Below are positions 24,588 through 38,195 of a DNA stretch of 64,000 bases, piece by piece (the stretch's first letter is position 1; every line of letters begins with the position of its first letter). The stretch spans positions 186,001 through 250,000 of the forward strand of contig JALMLS010000538.1 of the NCBI GenBank assembly GCA_038496445.1, written 5' to 3'. The stretch comes from Trichosphaerium sp. ATCC 40318. Taxonomy: Eukaryota; Protista; Tubulinea. The translations under genes and the position numbers were made by a program. Below the pieces are notes generated by a model. That model made no database searches and was not told the DNA's origin. It was given only the letters and a program-made list of their open reading frames with translations.

Positions 24588-26211
24588 ATGTTGTGCCAGG
24601 TAGGGTACCCTGTTGAGCATATAACAGGCGTTGTTGACACGGGTAATGTTAATTTGTTTTCTTTTTGCGTACGCTAAGCCTGTGCGTAGTTGAGGACTAC
24701 CAACTTGTCGTTACAGCGTCAAATTCGTCGCCTGAAGGCTCTGTAATTGATGTGTGGGGTTGGCCGTATGTTACGTCAGACGAAAAGGTGCGTTTCAGCG
24801 CTATTTGGCGTTGTACTGTGTCATTTCTTACCATTTAATTTGTAGCCGCCTATTGTCGATCCTGTAGCTCACTATGTGGAAACTCGTGGCGCTATAACCT
24901 GTTTACAGGTACTTTTGGTATTTTACGGCTTTTATTCATCTATTATAGGGTATGCACTCTTCTGTGCGTACGCTGTTTCTCGTTGGGCTTAATTCTGGAC
25001 ACGTTATCCTACAAGAGCTTCCATTAGAAGATTTGGTACGCTTTTTATTGATTAACGCGCTAATCAGCGACTCTAACGCTTATGTAGCACGTCAAAGAGT
25101 TGCAAAGTGAAAAATTACATAGTGCTGCCGTATGCGCAATGGATGTTAGGGTAGATAATAACGTTGGATGCTCTGCGGACGAGAGCGGCAAAGTAATCAT
25201 CTTTGAGTTTCTAGATCATGGCGTGAAGCGTGGAGATGTTAGAGAATTTTTTTCAGTGGTTATGACGCTTGGTGCGTTCGTTTGGCTATCAATGCAGTGC
25301 TCTTTGGTCGTTTTGGAAGAGATTTTTTTCTTGTTTTTTTGTTTGTTTGGCTCGTTTTTTGGCTTACGTTGGGTTAGACGTCAGAGCACCTCCTCAGTGT
25401 ATTCGGTTTATCAATAAGGATACATTGGCTATGTCTATAACGAATGAGATTCACTTCTATGACCTATTAAATCCTAAAAAGCCTAGAGCGAAGATACACT
25501 GGTACTTTTTTTTTTTTTTTTCAAGAAGCGAATGGTTTTAATTTTTTTTTGTTGCTTCTGCTGGTTTTATTCACTTGTATGTTAGTGGTAATGACTTGAG
25601 TGACTGGGTTTGGTCTTTTGCAATACATCCTGATCGTCAAGATATCCTTGTTTCTGGTGCAGCCAACGGAAAAATAAGTTTGTTTGACACCCGAGATGCT
25701 ACATTAATCAGAACACTTCCTTCGCAACATAACTCAATAGGTACGCACTCTTATTACTATACAGTGTTTAAAAACCCTCATACACAATATATGCCTATTG
25801 GCCTACGTTTTCAGGCGAGCCTGTGGGTCTAATCGTGACACTTTGTGTTTAATCAACTTTTTTTTTTTGACTTTGGCTTTTTTTTCTAGTGTGGGATGTT
25901 GCATTTTTCCATGCGTTCCCCGATAAGATTGTATCATGTAGTGACGATGGTTTCTTGATTTTATGGGATTTTAATAAGGAGCATGCGTTGAGGACTGCTG
26001 ACCCTTTTAAAGGTGCTGTTGCACCACAAATTATACGAAAAGTGCTTATAAAGAATGGATTGCCTTTGAACGGTATGGACAGCGCTTGGTTTCCTTTTTG
26101 GATTTATGAAGTACTTATAATATGTTATTAGGTATATATGTACCGATGTCTCGTAATGGCATATGTGTAGCAGCAGAGCAAGGGTTGCTATTTCGAAACA
26201 ACGTTTTTTGA
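24588..26211 (+). CDS. NUP43: WD40-repeat protein, probably nucleoporin Nup43
   Basis: Spliced exons give LHSAAVCAMDV, VWSFAIHPDRQDILVSGAANGKISLFDTR, VWDVAFFHAFPDKIVSCSDDGFLILWDF and LPLNG, a pattern typical of Nup43. Confidence 0.65.
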
Positions 26212-26616
26212 TTTTTTTTATTTGGTGTTGATATTCTCGATTTGTTGTAAATTTGAAGAAAATAGAGAAGAATTCAAGATGCAACTCCTGTTTACAATTA
26301 TTATTCTACTCTCAAACAGTTGAGCATTTGCTTCTGCAATAGCGAGAATTATCAGCAATATGATTTCGTACTCTTACATTTTTAATTAGTTACATTGGCA
26401 TTGTCGCCATGTTTGAGCTGCGTGTCAATGTCGCAACTTTTAATACGTTACTTGAAATCGCCTTAACGTCTTCCAAGGTTAACATTTCGTGATCCTATGT
26501 TTCTCACTTGATGCTGCAGTGTCTGTACCGAGGATCAGAGATGGTTTATTTTGTTTCCTTTTTTATTGGTTTTTGAGATCGTCAGCTACTTTCAAGTCTT
26601 ACTGTCACGCGAAGAT

Positions 26617-28876
26617 ATGAACGTTGCAACATATCTGGTTATTTTTCTTTCCGTATTCATTTACGTACAGGTATTAACTAGGATTTAAATTAACAAATTA
26701 AACAAAATAGGGAAGCACGAGTTATTTTGTTGGGAATGAAAATGTAATTAATGGCTACCAAAAGGATGAACAGTATAATCTTGTAGAAAAAGTAGGATCT
26801 ATAAACGGTATAGCGGCTACATCAAGTTATGTATATTGGACAGATAACGTACAAGGTATTGTACGCAGGTAAGCCCCAGAAATAGGAATAACAGTCCTTC
26901 GTTTATTAGTTGTTCAAAATTTTGTTTTTTTTTTTGTCCCTACGCTTCGACCCACGTGATTTTGATTTCTTTGGTGGTAGCACTCGTTTTCTTTTACACT
27001 TCGTAGTTTAATTACCATGTTTTTAATTTATTTTACACGTGGGGTTTTCGACAAAATAGAATTTTTTTTTTTTGACTTTACTTCATTCGGCTGTTTAGTG
27101 CTAAAGCCAGTTGAGGTCAAATTTAAAGTTTGGAGATATAAAAACTATCTACAAGTGCGCTTTGAGGGTATCTTGTGAGCTTGGTCCTATTGCCGCACGT
27201 GGTACCACCGCTGTGTTTACTGTTGGCGAAGGGCTATTTGTTTTTCGTGAAAAAGCATCTGAGGTAACACCTTTGGAGGGATTCAACACTGGAAGACTAT
27301 TTACTGTTTATGGTACATACATATTTGTAGGTTTTCAATTTGAAATACACAAAATTTTTGTGCTCCATAGAAGCAACTCAAAAAAGAAGCAATGTGTTTG
27401 TGGTCGGCTTCTAGCATTTTGCAAATGTGCTATTGCCAGCGCTTGTATCTATAACCGAAAGGGTCACGCTGCTTCACAAAACTTATAAGGTTTTTACGTC
27501 CAAAGTTTTATCTTACTCTTGATAGATATTGCTTTCTTAGGAGAAAGCAGAATATTTTTAACATCGAATACACCTAATTATGCATTAACAACAATCACGT
27601 TGGATTCAGTTGATAACTTTAAAGTTGTTTACACAGGTACGTTTTGTACACTGTGGTAAAATGTTAAGATCTCATTATTAGATACTCAGTTTTATGGTAT
27701 TGCAATACAAGAACAAGAGTTCAAGATACTGTTCAGTAATAATGATATCGAGAGCGGCCTTATCAGTGGCACAATAGTAATATCAGACGATGGAAAAGCT
27801 GCGCAAATACTTGATACAACCACAAAACGATTGGAATTTTCTACATACATCGCTTGGAGTATTACTTCAGGCGTTGTTTATGTTGCGCAAAAAAATTGTA
27901 CTTTCCTTCTTTTTTTTTTTCTTCTTGTAAATTTATCTATGTTGACCTTTCTTTTTGTTTAGCTGTGTTAACATCCAACGGTGATAATGACTTCACAGAT
28001 ATTGATAGAGTACCTGGGCCAATGGCTATTTCAGGTAATGAACTAACATAGCTGTGATAAGTGCCTTGATTAATTATTGCTGTAGATGGAGTGTCTGTTG
28101 CAACACGTGCACCAACTACTATATCTCGTGTACCAGCTGTTGCGGTGGCTCCAGTGTTCGAAGTAGGTGTACCATCAGCGACTGCGGTATGCAAAACTAC
28201 AGGTATAAGTGATGCAGAATGTGTTAACGGAAAGGTCCGTGTTGACAAAGATGTTGTTATTGATGATGACACCGAAATTAATACAGACATAGAAATTAAT
28301 GGTACGTACCAACCAGCGTGCGAGGTATTTTTTCTGATATGTTTTGTAGGCAACTTTACAATAACCAATTCAAATACTAAGTTGGTAATCAAAGACGGTG
28401 GCACGTTAAATATTTCTGGTTGTGCGGATTTCAGTGGTACTTTGGTTATTGATGGTGATGACTTTTCAGAGAGAGAAATCGCTACTTTTGACTGCCGTGG
28501 AAACTCGACGTTTGACGTAATAGAAGTAGCGTATGTGCTAGTCCCTATGTCACTTATATTTTAATAAGTTATTAGTAATGAAGATTCGTGCAAGGAAGTT
28601 ACAGCCAGGCAATCGTATTCGGAGACAAAACTGACAGCTACTTTCATTGTCAGAAATGTATGTGGAGACGGTACTCTGGCTACTTGGCAGCTTGTTGTAA
28701 TGATAATCGCTGTTACTGTTGTCATAGCTGGTGTTATTGGGGTAGCTGTTTTTATTTATATGAAGAAGCAAACTGCTAAGAGTGAGTTCATGCATCAAGT
28801 TGAAGAACCAATACAAACCGCACAAAAACAATAATTTCAATTCTCCATCTTAGTGTTGTTGAAACAGCTGTACTAA
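26617..28876 (+). CDS. Type I membrane protein: signal peptide, YWTD-like propeller region, beta-rich Cys module, single TM; 3' end uncertain
   Basis: MNVATYLVIFLSVFIYVQ|G...GIAATSSYVYWTDNVQGIVR; later LNISGCADFSGTLVI...FDCRGNSTFD; TM LATWQLVVMIIAVTVVIAGVIGVAVFIYMKK. Confidence 0.6.
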
Positions 28877-29016
28877 AGCACGTGATTCAAAGAGATTTTT
28901 TGGAAATAAAGGATGTTTACAAGGAATTTTGTTTTGATGAAGGCACGTGGGTATCACGTGCAAAATGAAAGGAAGTTAAGGAATTATTCTTTTATTTTAT
29001 TTTTTCTTGTTTGAGT

Positions 29017-32000
29017 TTATCCAAACGCCACTGCAAAGTCGTTGTTTATTTTCAATTGTGTTAGTATTCCTTGAGATTCGAACTCATTAAAAAAAGACTT
29101 CCATGAGTTTTCAAGTAGTCCAGTAACTTCAGAAATCCTAAAACCAATCATCAGTAAACATTTTAAAAGTGAACATAAATTTTGAAAACAAAATGTTCTG
29201 TTTGGCTCTAGAAGACTAGTGGAGGGTTAAAAAAATGAGACTTACCAAAATTTTCCAGCTACTGCGTTAATAAAGACATCTTGAGCATCACTCTTCGCAG
29301 TATTTACAAGAAGCAAATCAGTGCTTGTCAACAGTGTATTGATATCCTTCAATGCGTTTATCCAAATATTTCTTCTGCACACAGAATTCAAACTGATACT
29401 CACTCCTTCAGCTGTTATCTACAACAAGATAAGAACGATATATCCTCTAATAGCATTGGTTCTTTGCTGAAGGCTTTGCTTTGACAAATTTTCTAAAGGC
29501 ACAAGATGCTTCACGTGGCCAAGAGATTTTGGACAAAAAAAAGTTGTTAATACTTACCCTTTCATCTAACTTTAGGTTTCCGACTACAGTGCTTATAAAA
29601 GAGCATTCTGAAGAGAGTAGCATTGCGTTAAGAACATCAGTGTTGTGGTTTTTTAGGAAGAGCTAAGCAAGGCAAGTGTTAGTCAAACACGACGTTGAAA
29701 TAAGTTGTTTTATAAATATGAATGTTTCACGCACTGAGTGAAGGACAGGTATCGATGTAGAATTGTACATTGAAACAGCTAAATATGCGGCTTTTTGGTA
29801 CACTTCTGGTATCTTACTACCACCGCTTTGTTCTTTCCAAAACATTGCGGAAACTTCTTTGATTATCGCGTCGGTACCTTCATTTTCTTAGTAAGTATTT
29901 TTCAATGTTTTTTCGAAGGGCCGAAAAAATCTCGGCATAGCTTGTTATTACACTTACCAAAATAAACATCCCAGTAGTATATTTCTGATAGTAGAGATTC
30001 AGGTGTATTTTTATGGTTCATCATTGGTTTAAATGCAGTGGTGATAATCTAAAGTTCACGTTTAGAAGAAGTTTCAGAGAAAATCATCTTTTAACGTACT
30101 CTCGCATAGTATGGGAACGATGGTGTCTCGATCAATAGTGGGTGTACAGATGCCCATTGTGATACCAATAGAGACCATAACTCAACATCATAGAGAGTTG
30201 TGACAACATTAGTTAATTGAACAACAGTCTCAACATCAACATGTCCTGTTTTCAAAAGGAAGAACATTTGACGGATGAGAAGCTTGTTCTGAACAACGTT
30301 TCTATTTTCAAGGTCACCGAAAATAGAGTCCCATAAATCAGGTGAATAGTTTGTCAACAAATATGCGCTCCAGTTGTAGTTACCTTGAGGACATAATGAG
30401 TTAGGATTTCGGAATTTTTTGTTTTGTTTTGTTTTGGACTCACCAATGATCAAGTCGGCGTCTTCATTGATTTTTACAGTTATAGGGTCTTTACGTAATT
30501 CTATACTCTTATATTCAGTGCTAGGAGCACCTAGTTCACCGATTTGGAGTGTCATATTAACCCACCATGTTTGTCCTTCCAAGTACCTTCAAACGATTTG
30601 TTAGTATGTTTTGTCAAAAAAGACTTTTTTAACGGCTTGTACTTGGATATAGGAGACTGAGATATCATTACACTTGTTTTAGATACAGTAGATATTGTTA
30701 CTACTGGAAAACCTCGCTGATACATCCATGTACCTAAGTAATGAAATGACATCTTTGAAACACATTCAAGATTTTAAAAGAAAATGATTAAAAATCTTCG
30801 TACTTAAATCCTCCTTTGTAGTGCCGCCCATCACGTGTTGGAACGAGTCAAGAAGATCGTCTACAGTAGGGTTTGTATATTTATGAAGCTCCAAGTGGTG
30901 TGTCAAGGCTAAGAACAAGTTAGGCAAGTCAACGAATGATCGGAAAAAAATCAGGTCAATTATTATATTACCTTTGTTCCAAGCAGCTTCTCCTTTTGTT
31001 TCAACAATATATTTGTTTATAGCAGCTCCTTTTCCATAAGCAATATTAGAGAATCCGTTCTGAGCTGATGATTGGCTACCAAGAACATCCTTTTCAGGCA
31101 CAGAAAGTGCATGGCTTATACCTGTGGCACGTGTTAGTGACATATTTACAAGAACGCGAACAGAAGTGAAGCACAAGTTTTTGGATAAAGGCAAAGCATA
31201 TTATCGAATAACAAAGGGTGAGTTGGTTACCTTTGTAGTCGATTTCCATTCCAGAGAAGAATGCAAAGTTAAAGAAACTAAGAGGGCTATCAAGGCTGTA
31301 AATATCCCATGTTGGATGAAGAGATTTTACAGATGTAAACTGAAGATATCTCGCGAATCCTTCATGCAAATACACTACGAGGTATCATTATTAGAGGGGT
31401 ATGTTATATAGATTATATTACCTTCTGACCACCATGGCATCGTAACGGTATCTCCGAACCATTGGTGAGACAGTTCGTGACAAGTAACCTGAGCGATGAG
31501 TTGTATTTGAGCAAGATTCGGATTTTTTGGATCAGTCAAAAGAAAGTCTGTAGCATAAGTCACTAATCCCCAATTCTCCATAGCATCATCTACTATTGCA
31601 GGACGGCAATGGCGTCAAGTTTCTTCATTGGTGACCAAGGAATAGGCGAATATAAAGCTGAAAAAAAATGAACAAAAAAACAGGCTTGATTGACTCTGTC
31701 GTACGTGTGAAGTACTCAATGCATCCTACTGTTGATGCTAGTCCGAAAGCTCCAAGTTTTTTCGCATAGCCACCTGCGGGTGCGTATAGCCTGTAACGGA
31801 TGTCTTTTGTTTGGTGCTCTATATACTCAAACTTTCCTATAGCAAATGCGACGAGGTACACTGACATAGGCATTGGAGATTTTTCAAAAATAAACGTTGT
31901 AGTTCCAGCAACTTTTCTAATTTCTTGTTCCTTCGTGTTAAACAATGCGGTGTAATTAGTAGGCACTCTAATAATAGCTTGCATATGTGCTTTCATAGCT

Positions 32001-33058
32001 TAAAATAACAAGTTAGCGAGATACAAAGGTAAAGTCACAACAGCAGAGGTGAAAGGTTTTGTCACAAAGGCTAGAGTTTGTGGATCTATCTCTGTAGTAA
32101 CTTGTCGTACCTGGTTCATCGAAACAAGGGAATGCCATGCGGGCGTATATTGCTTCAAATTGAGTAGCATACATGTATTCAGATGAAGAGGCTCTTTTTT
32201 GTTTTTCTATTTTGTTGTCAATAATTTCTATTTTTATCAGGACAACACGTGCTTTCTCTTGGTTTATTTGAAGTCCCTGAATAATACGCCATTGCTTGCG
32301 TTGCTTCTTCGTCTGACATTTCATCGACGTCAATATCGGTAGAACTCTGGAAAAATCCTGTAGCGTTCTTGGTATTGATTGTGGCTAAAAATACAAGGTA
32401 CACGTTAGAACTCATCGAAAGTTTTTCTTTTTTTTTTGTGACGCAAAAAAATATCTTCGGACTTACACGTGAACGCAACGATCAATGAGGCAGTGCCTAA
32501 TTTGATTGGATCCTTAAAAGATATAATAGCGAATTGTCGAATGTTATCAAGGTCAATTGACTCCGCAGTAATGTAAGGACCTCCTGGTTGATGTAATACA
32601 ACGTCTTGAGCCAAAATCTTCGGACGAAGTCAGCTTCAAAAAGAAGGAGAACAAAAAAACTGGTTTCCGGATCTTTTTCCGATTTTTTTGGAACGACGAA
32701 TGGAAAAAACGATGTTCGTCTCGGATACGCCTTCTTTTGATGTTTTCGTATACGTACAGTAAGTTCGCTTTGATGAAGTACGATACAAGTCGTTTCGACA
32801 TGGACAGTGATGTTCAGCTGTATTACACCCTGGTACGTTGTGTCTGGGAGTTTATCTAGCGATAAAGTGATAGTATAGTCATCTGGTGTAACAGATAACG
32901 GTAATCTAATGTAAAATCAGTATTAGAATGGTCAGAACAACAGTAAACAGTTTCTGTAGTCTCACGTGCCTGTACGGAAGAGTTGTATTCATAATACACT
33001 TGCTTGCGCATAATAAAGCACATGAAAGTAGTATAATGACACAAAGAAGCTTTGTCAT
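29017..33058 (-). CDS. Secreted M1-family zinc aminopeptidase (apparent 1-nt frameshift at ~31601)
   Basis: Signal peptide MTKLLCVIILLSCALLCA; RLPLSVTP; ATQFEAIYARMAFPCFDEP; MSVYLVAFAIG; DAMENWGL; HELSHQWFGDTVTMPWW..YLHEGFA; IAYGKGA; WMYQRGFPVV. Confidence 0.88.
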
Positions 33059-33773
33059 TGTGGAGAAATGTCGTCAAATGTTTCACTAAATCTTACCGTT
33101 TAGGAGTTTGGACGTATTCGTTCAACTTGGCTTAACTGCGATCCGATCTATATGCTTTCAGGCTTAGTGTTGTTGGCAGGTATGCCATATAATTGCATTA
33201 GCATAGTATGCAAATAAGGCATTCTTTTAGGGTCACGCTTTTGGTAATTACTAAATTTAACCATAACAAAAGCAAACTAGGTGAAAAACTGTTATTACTT
33301 TATGAATCAATGTCATGTGGTGTACCTTGACGCGTTATGACTATGTCAGCGCTACTTAATAAACAGTTCTTTTAACCTATTTACATGTCATGCTAGCATA
33401 TGTGCTTGTGCATACCCTTGTCAATGCGAGAAGACAGGATCTCGGTACTAACTAAGTGAAGTTGTTTGCACAATTCCAACGAGTTAAAAGCTTGTCCAGC
33501 GTAGACAGAATGATCAAAGTAATCTATCACATGTTTGCTTGGTTGCAGATGATAACAAATTGTTGAATATTATTTTACAACGCATGTACGCAACAGGTAC
33601 AAAAACTTTGTTGTTTTTTTTATTGTTTGACTTATTTTCTTCCCGGTAAACTCATGCGACGCCAGTCAAAGCAAAAGTAAAGCAATATCCTAAATATCTG
33701 CATTGAATTAATCACGTCTAGTAGCTACATACAAAGGACAAGTCATTTACACAAATAAGAAACGTGTATGTTA

Positions 33774-34443
33774 ATGATGCTTCAATATTTTCTTATTTGT
33801 GGGTTTTACTGTCTATTACTTGTAGTAGGATACTTAATAACGTCTAAAAGCAAGGTATGTATAAAAAACGCGTGTGGTTACTAACAACACTGAGTAGCTT
33901 AAGGATATAGTAAACATTGAGAAAGAAGCATGTTGCCGTCTATTAGACCTTCCAACAGAGCTACACCTTGATATTATTGACTTAGATTATGAAGTTTATG
34001 TAAAGTGGCCTCTTTTATCAAGACACAGTGCTATTACAACAAGGTTTGATAGTAGTTTTAACAAGCATGGAAAGTGGTTAAAGCAATCAAAACTAGGCAT
34101 CTACTGTGAACATTCTTGGAAGCATGGTAAACGTCATGGAGAACAAAAAAGAAGATATTCTAAAGACCGTATGCTTCAACAGTACAATTGTATAGATGGT
34201 AGCATTGAAGGAGAATTCAAGGAGTGGCATTACAATGGTCTACTGGCCACACAGAGCTATTTTAAAGGTAATAAATGGGAAGGCGAGTATAAAAGCTGGT
34301 ATAGAAATGGTCAGTTGTACACACATAGGTACTACAAAGAAGACAAATTGGAAGGTGAATACAAATGCTGGTACTCAGAAGGACGATTGTGTAGACACTG
34401 CTTTTATGTAAATGGTGAACTACAGAGAATACAAAGAGTTTGA
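33774..34443 (+). CDS. N-terminal hydrophobic anchor + F-box-like + MORN-variant repeat protein (2 exons; intron 33855-33897)
   Basis: Exon 1 is MMLQYFLICGFYCLLLVVGYLITSKSK, followed by a GTATGT..CTAAC..TAG intron. Exon 2 is in frame with LLDLPTELHLDII and repeats of EGEYKSWYRNGQL...YK. Confidence 0.75.
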
Positions 34444-34802
34444 TAGAAAAGGTAAATTGAATAGGCATTCTATTTATATATGAAGCGCTTGCCACACGAT
34501 ATCCAGAAAGAGTATTGTATTTCCAGATTTAAACAAGTCATTTCATCCGCCAAGGGCATAAATTCTTGTAAATCAAAAAATTAATTGGTTTTCACTGTTT
34601 TTTGTTTCTAAATACACGTGACAAATGAAATTGTCTAATTTTTACCTTACCAATAAACCGTAAAAAACTTTCTTAATTTGCGGTATATCGCTAATGCATT
34701 CTAGGTTTCTTTTGACATTTCAGCTGTGGTTCTTTGTTAAGTCATCTCTTTCATGCAGTTAAAAACTAAGTTGAGAGCTGTTTGTGCGTAGTGGTGTCGA
34801 TT

Positions 34803-37050
34803 ATGGCCAAAAACCTTTCTGGTGAGGTAATTTGTAACTGTTTAGCTACTTTTGATTGACTTTAGACAAGCATTAAACAAAGATTCATATTTTAGGACAA
34901 CTAGGAACCAACTCAAGCGAAAATCAAGCCGATAATTAAAAACGACAATATCAGAGCGTTTGACAAAATGGACACCGAAGACAAGAAAGGTGAGGCTTTT
35001 GTAGCACGTTTAACTCCATCTAACAGTATTTTTTTAAAGCAGCTTATGGATACTCGTTTATGCGTAATATAACACCTGCAAAAGATAGACCATTGGTTTC
35101 TGTTTCAGTATCTAGAAAGCGTACAGTTGGTAATACTAAAGACGTACTAAAAGCGTCAACTACACTTGACACAATGTCAATGTTTGCAAGATTTTCATCA
35201 ACCAATAAAAATGTCGGACCAAATCAAGTATCCGACAGAGATATGGCTTCTGTCACAATGTCACAGTTAACAATTGAGGATCAAGATAGAGTAAAACTTA
35301 ACTATGACGCTAATGACGTATCTTCAAATGATGAAGATCAACGTGTTTACCGTTACTACCAGTGGTGGGTAAGTAATATGAAATCAAGTTAGTAGATTTA
35401 TGTTTTAACATTTCTTTTATTAAGGTTGATGGTATTGAAGAGTTTATGTATATTCATACAATCCAAGATTGGCATCGTGTACAGAAATACCAGCTTAAAG
35501 TTTATTCTTTCGATGCACCAAGATTATGTACATACTGTTTTTTGTGTCAATGTAACGCTCATGTCTGTTTCTCTTCAGCATTGAATTTTGAAGACATTTC
35601 TCCTCCTACACGGTTAGCTGAAGGATCATTTGTTAGTAAAGTATCCGAATCCTCATCTATCGTCAAAGAGAAAGAACGTATAGGTATGTAAAAATCCATA
35701 AACAAAAAACCAGAAGAGCACGTGCTTATTGTTTTCTTTTACAAAAAAGATGTCCGTATCAAAAAAGAACATGCTAGTAGAAATAATGTTGTTATTGTTG
35801 AAGGACTATGTAACTATTTACTTGGAGAGAATGGATTAGTCTATTTGGTCCCACACAATCGTTTTAGATTAACAGGAAGGGTACCTAACCTTAAACGTAT
35901 TATTCAGATTGATGCAGAAGAAAGTCATGCTCTTGCTTTGAGCAAAGATGGCCAAGTTTTCGAATGGAGATCCCACCGTCTCGTTAAGTCTAATACTCCC
36001 GTTAAACTAAGTATTGGCTATTTCATTGTATCCATAGCTACAGGGTTAAACTATTCAATGGCATTAACCAACAAAGGATTTGTTTTTTCTTGGGGTGATA
36101 ATTCATTTGGTCAACTTGGCCACTCTTTGGATAAACCAACAGGAGTACCAACAAAAATTCCCAACCTAGAAAAAGTTACTCAAATAAGTGGTGGAAGAGA
36201 AGATTCTGTTGTATTAATTTCGGATGGGTCACTTACTGTGATGGGCAGAATTCCTGCTATCAGGGTACGCTATATCAAATTTTTCAAATTTGAACGCCAA
36301 GCTCCGTCAGGTTCTTCTCTCAAACGAGATTGGTTCGTATTCTAGTTTCCATTCGCTGTTGAGATAAGCAAATGACTGCGCTTGGCAATGTTTAATTTGA
36401 AGGAAACGGTAACAACCATGAAATCTAAGTACTTTTTTTTTGTAGCATGGAAAAGGACGAACGTATTACAACACTTTTGATGGTGATAAGATAACACTTT
36501 TAAAGCATAACTTTGCTCTAACATCATCTGGAAAAGTATATGAAGTCACAACATCAAAGAAAAAACTTATCAGTGGCAACCTAAAGGTAACAGATATCTG
36601 TGGAAGACAGACTCCTTATTTTTTGGTTAACAACGGAGACATTTATCAAAAACAGCAAAAGAAGGTTAAAAAAATATCATCTTCATCTCAACGTGTACTC
36701 TATCACGCTTGCTCAACAGTGTTTGTTTCCGATTCAAGGACATTGGTTTTGAATGCACAAACAGGGAGAGCAAAATGGATTACAGATCCTGTTAAATACA
36801 ACCAATATCATTGAGACCCTGGTTGTTTTTGTCGTTGTCAACAAGGAGAGGTTAATAGGCGGTTCCACCTGACGGAGAGTTGTGTTAAAGGTTTTCGGTA
36901 ACTGGTATAGTAAGTACTTGTACAATAAATAAACGCCAAAAGCGCCCAATCATATTCTGGTACATGAACTGGCAGAAACAAGGTAAACAATGTTGAACGC
37001 TTGTTTTCAAGTTTCTCGGTTTTTTTTTAGTACACTAACGATGTTCTAAA
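34803..37050 (+). CDS. RCC1/BLIP-II repeat protein, multi-exon; ends approximate
   Basis: IIQIDAEESHALALSKDGQVFEW; IVSIATGLNYSMALTNKGFVFSWGDNSFGQLGH...PTKIPNLEKVTQISGG. Confidence 0.78.
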
Positions 37051-38195
37051 GTACATAAACAAATTTTCAATTGAAAATCGTGTCTTTTAGCAATCTGTCA
37101 ATAGCCGCAAATTGATTTGCAGAGGAATCCCCGGTAAGAGGGCATACCAGCATTGGTCGTGAGAAGCTGACATTTGGTGACTGAGGTATCAATTATTAGC
37201 GAGATTGAATTGATGGTAGATAGAAACGTGACCCATTGAGTAGGTACAACTGCTGAGGAGTGGGATACGAAAAGATTCATTTTCTCGTCCTCGTTGTGGC
37301 CTTTAATAGCTTCAGTCTTCAAGAAAATAAACACCGTGGAGCTCGTTAACAACGTGTTATAACAACTTTACTATTGGTAAACTAAACTTATGGGTGAATT
37401 GGGTTTGAGAAACAATCACAAAACACGTTTGTTTAGAAAATATGACTTTCTATCCTAAGTTAGCAATTTAAACGTGGTGTCAAGCGTTTGGAAAAGTATG
37501 AATTATGTAGCAATAGGGACACCGTAGTAAATAAGTTTTCTTGCTTATACAGTTAGTGGTAATAGCCAACCAACAGATACCTACATACTTTTTTGTCAAC
37601 TAAAATAATTTTGGATTCACATTAGCGCGCTCCCTAGTAACGCGTTAAAAATGATGCTTTATGCTCACTACAAAAAAATACTACACTACTATCGTAAGGA
37701 CAAGCGTGGTTCTTATATGTCCACACAGTATTGTAACGCGCAGTTACAGCGTAAACTTGCTGTAATATTACTACTGCAGGAAGAAATGTCCGAGGGTTGC
37801 GTCATGTGTAAACCCAAATCATGCGTTGTCCCTTTTTCTACAATAAAGTGACTTTGTGAAGCTCCAAATCGATAAACTAGTCGAATTCTCTGTACTAGCG
37901 CAAAAATTCTCTACAAATGAAAAAAATGTGCTTCATTTTTAGTTCTTTTTTTTCATACATACCACGCCAATAACAACACTTGTATCGCTTTAGTTTCAAA
38001 CAAGAGGTAACTTAGCTATAATTTAACCTTAAATTACCTTTTAAAGTACTTTTTGTAACCACGTGAATTCGTGACAAACCAGAGCGTTTTTTTTCTTCAA
38101 AACCGCGCAAATGTCTAAATTAGTTCCGTAAAGAATTCTGTCCTATTTTTTTTTCGATCACGTGACTAATTTCTAAATTTCTGCCCTAGTGAACA

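Noticed and set aside
37098-37352. Slightly GC-richer minus-strand ORF
   Set aside because: No homology is recognisable and it cannot be distinguished from UTR or intergenic sequence.
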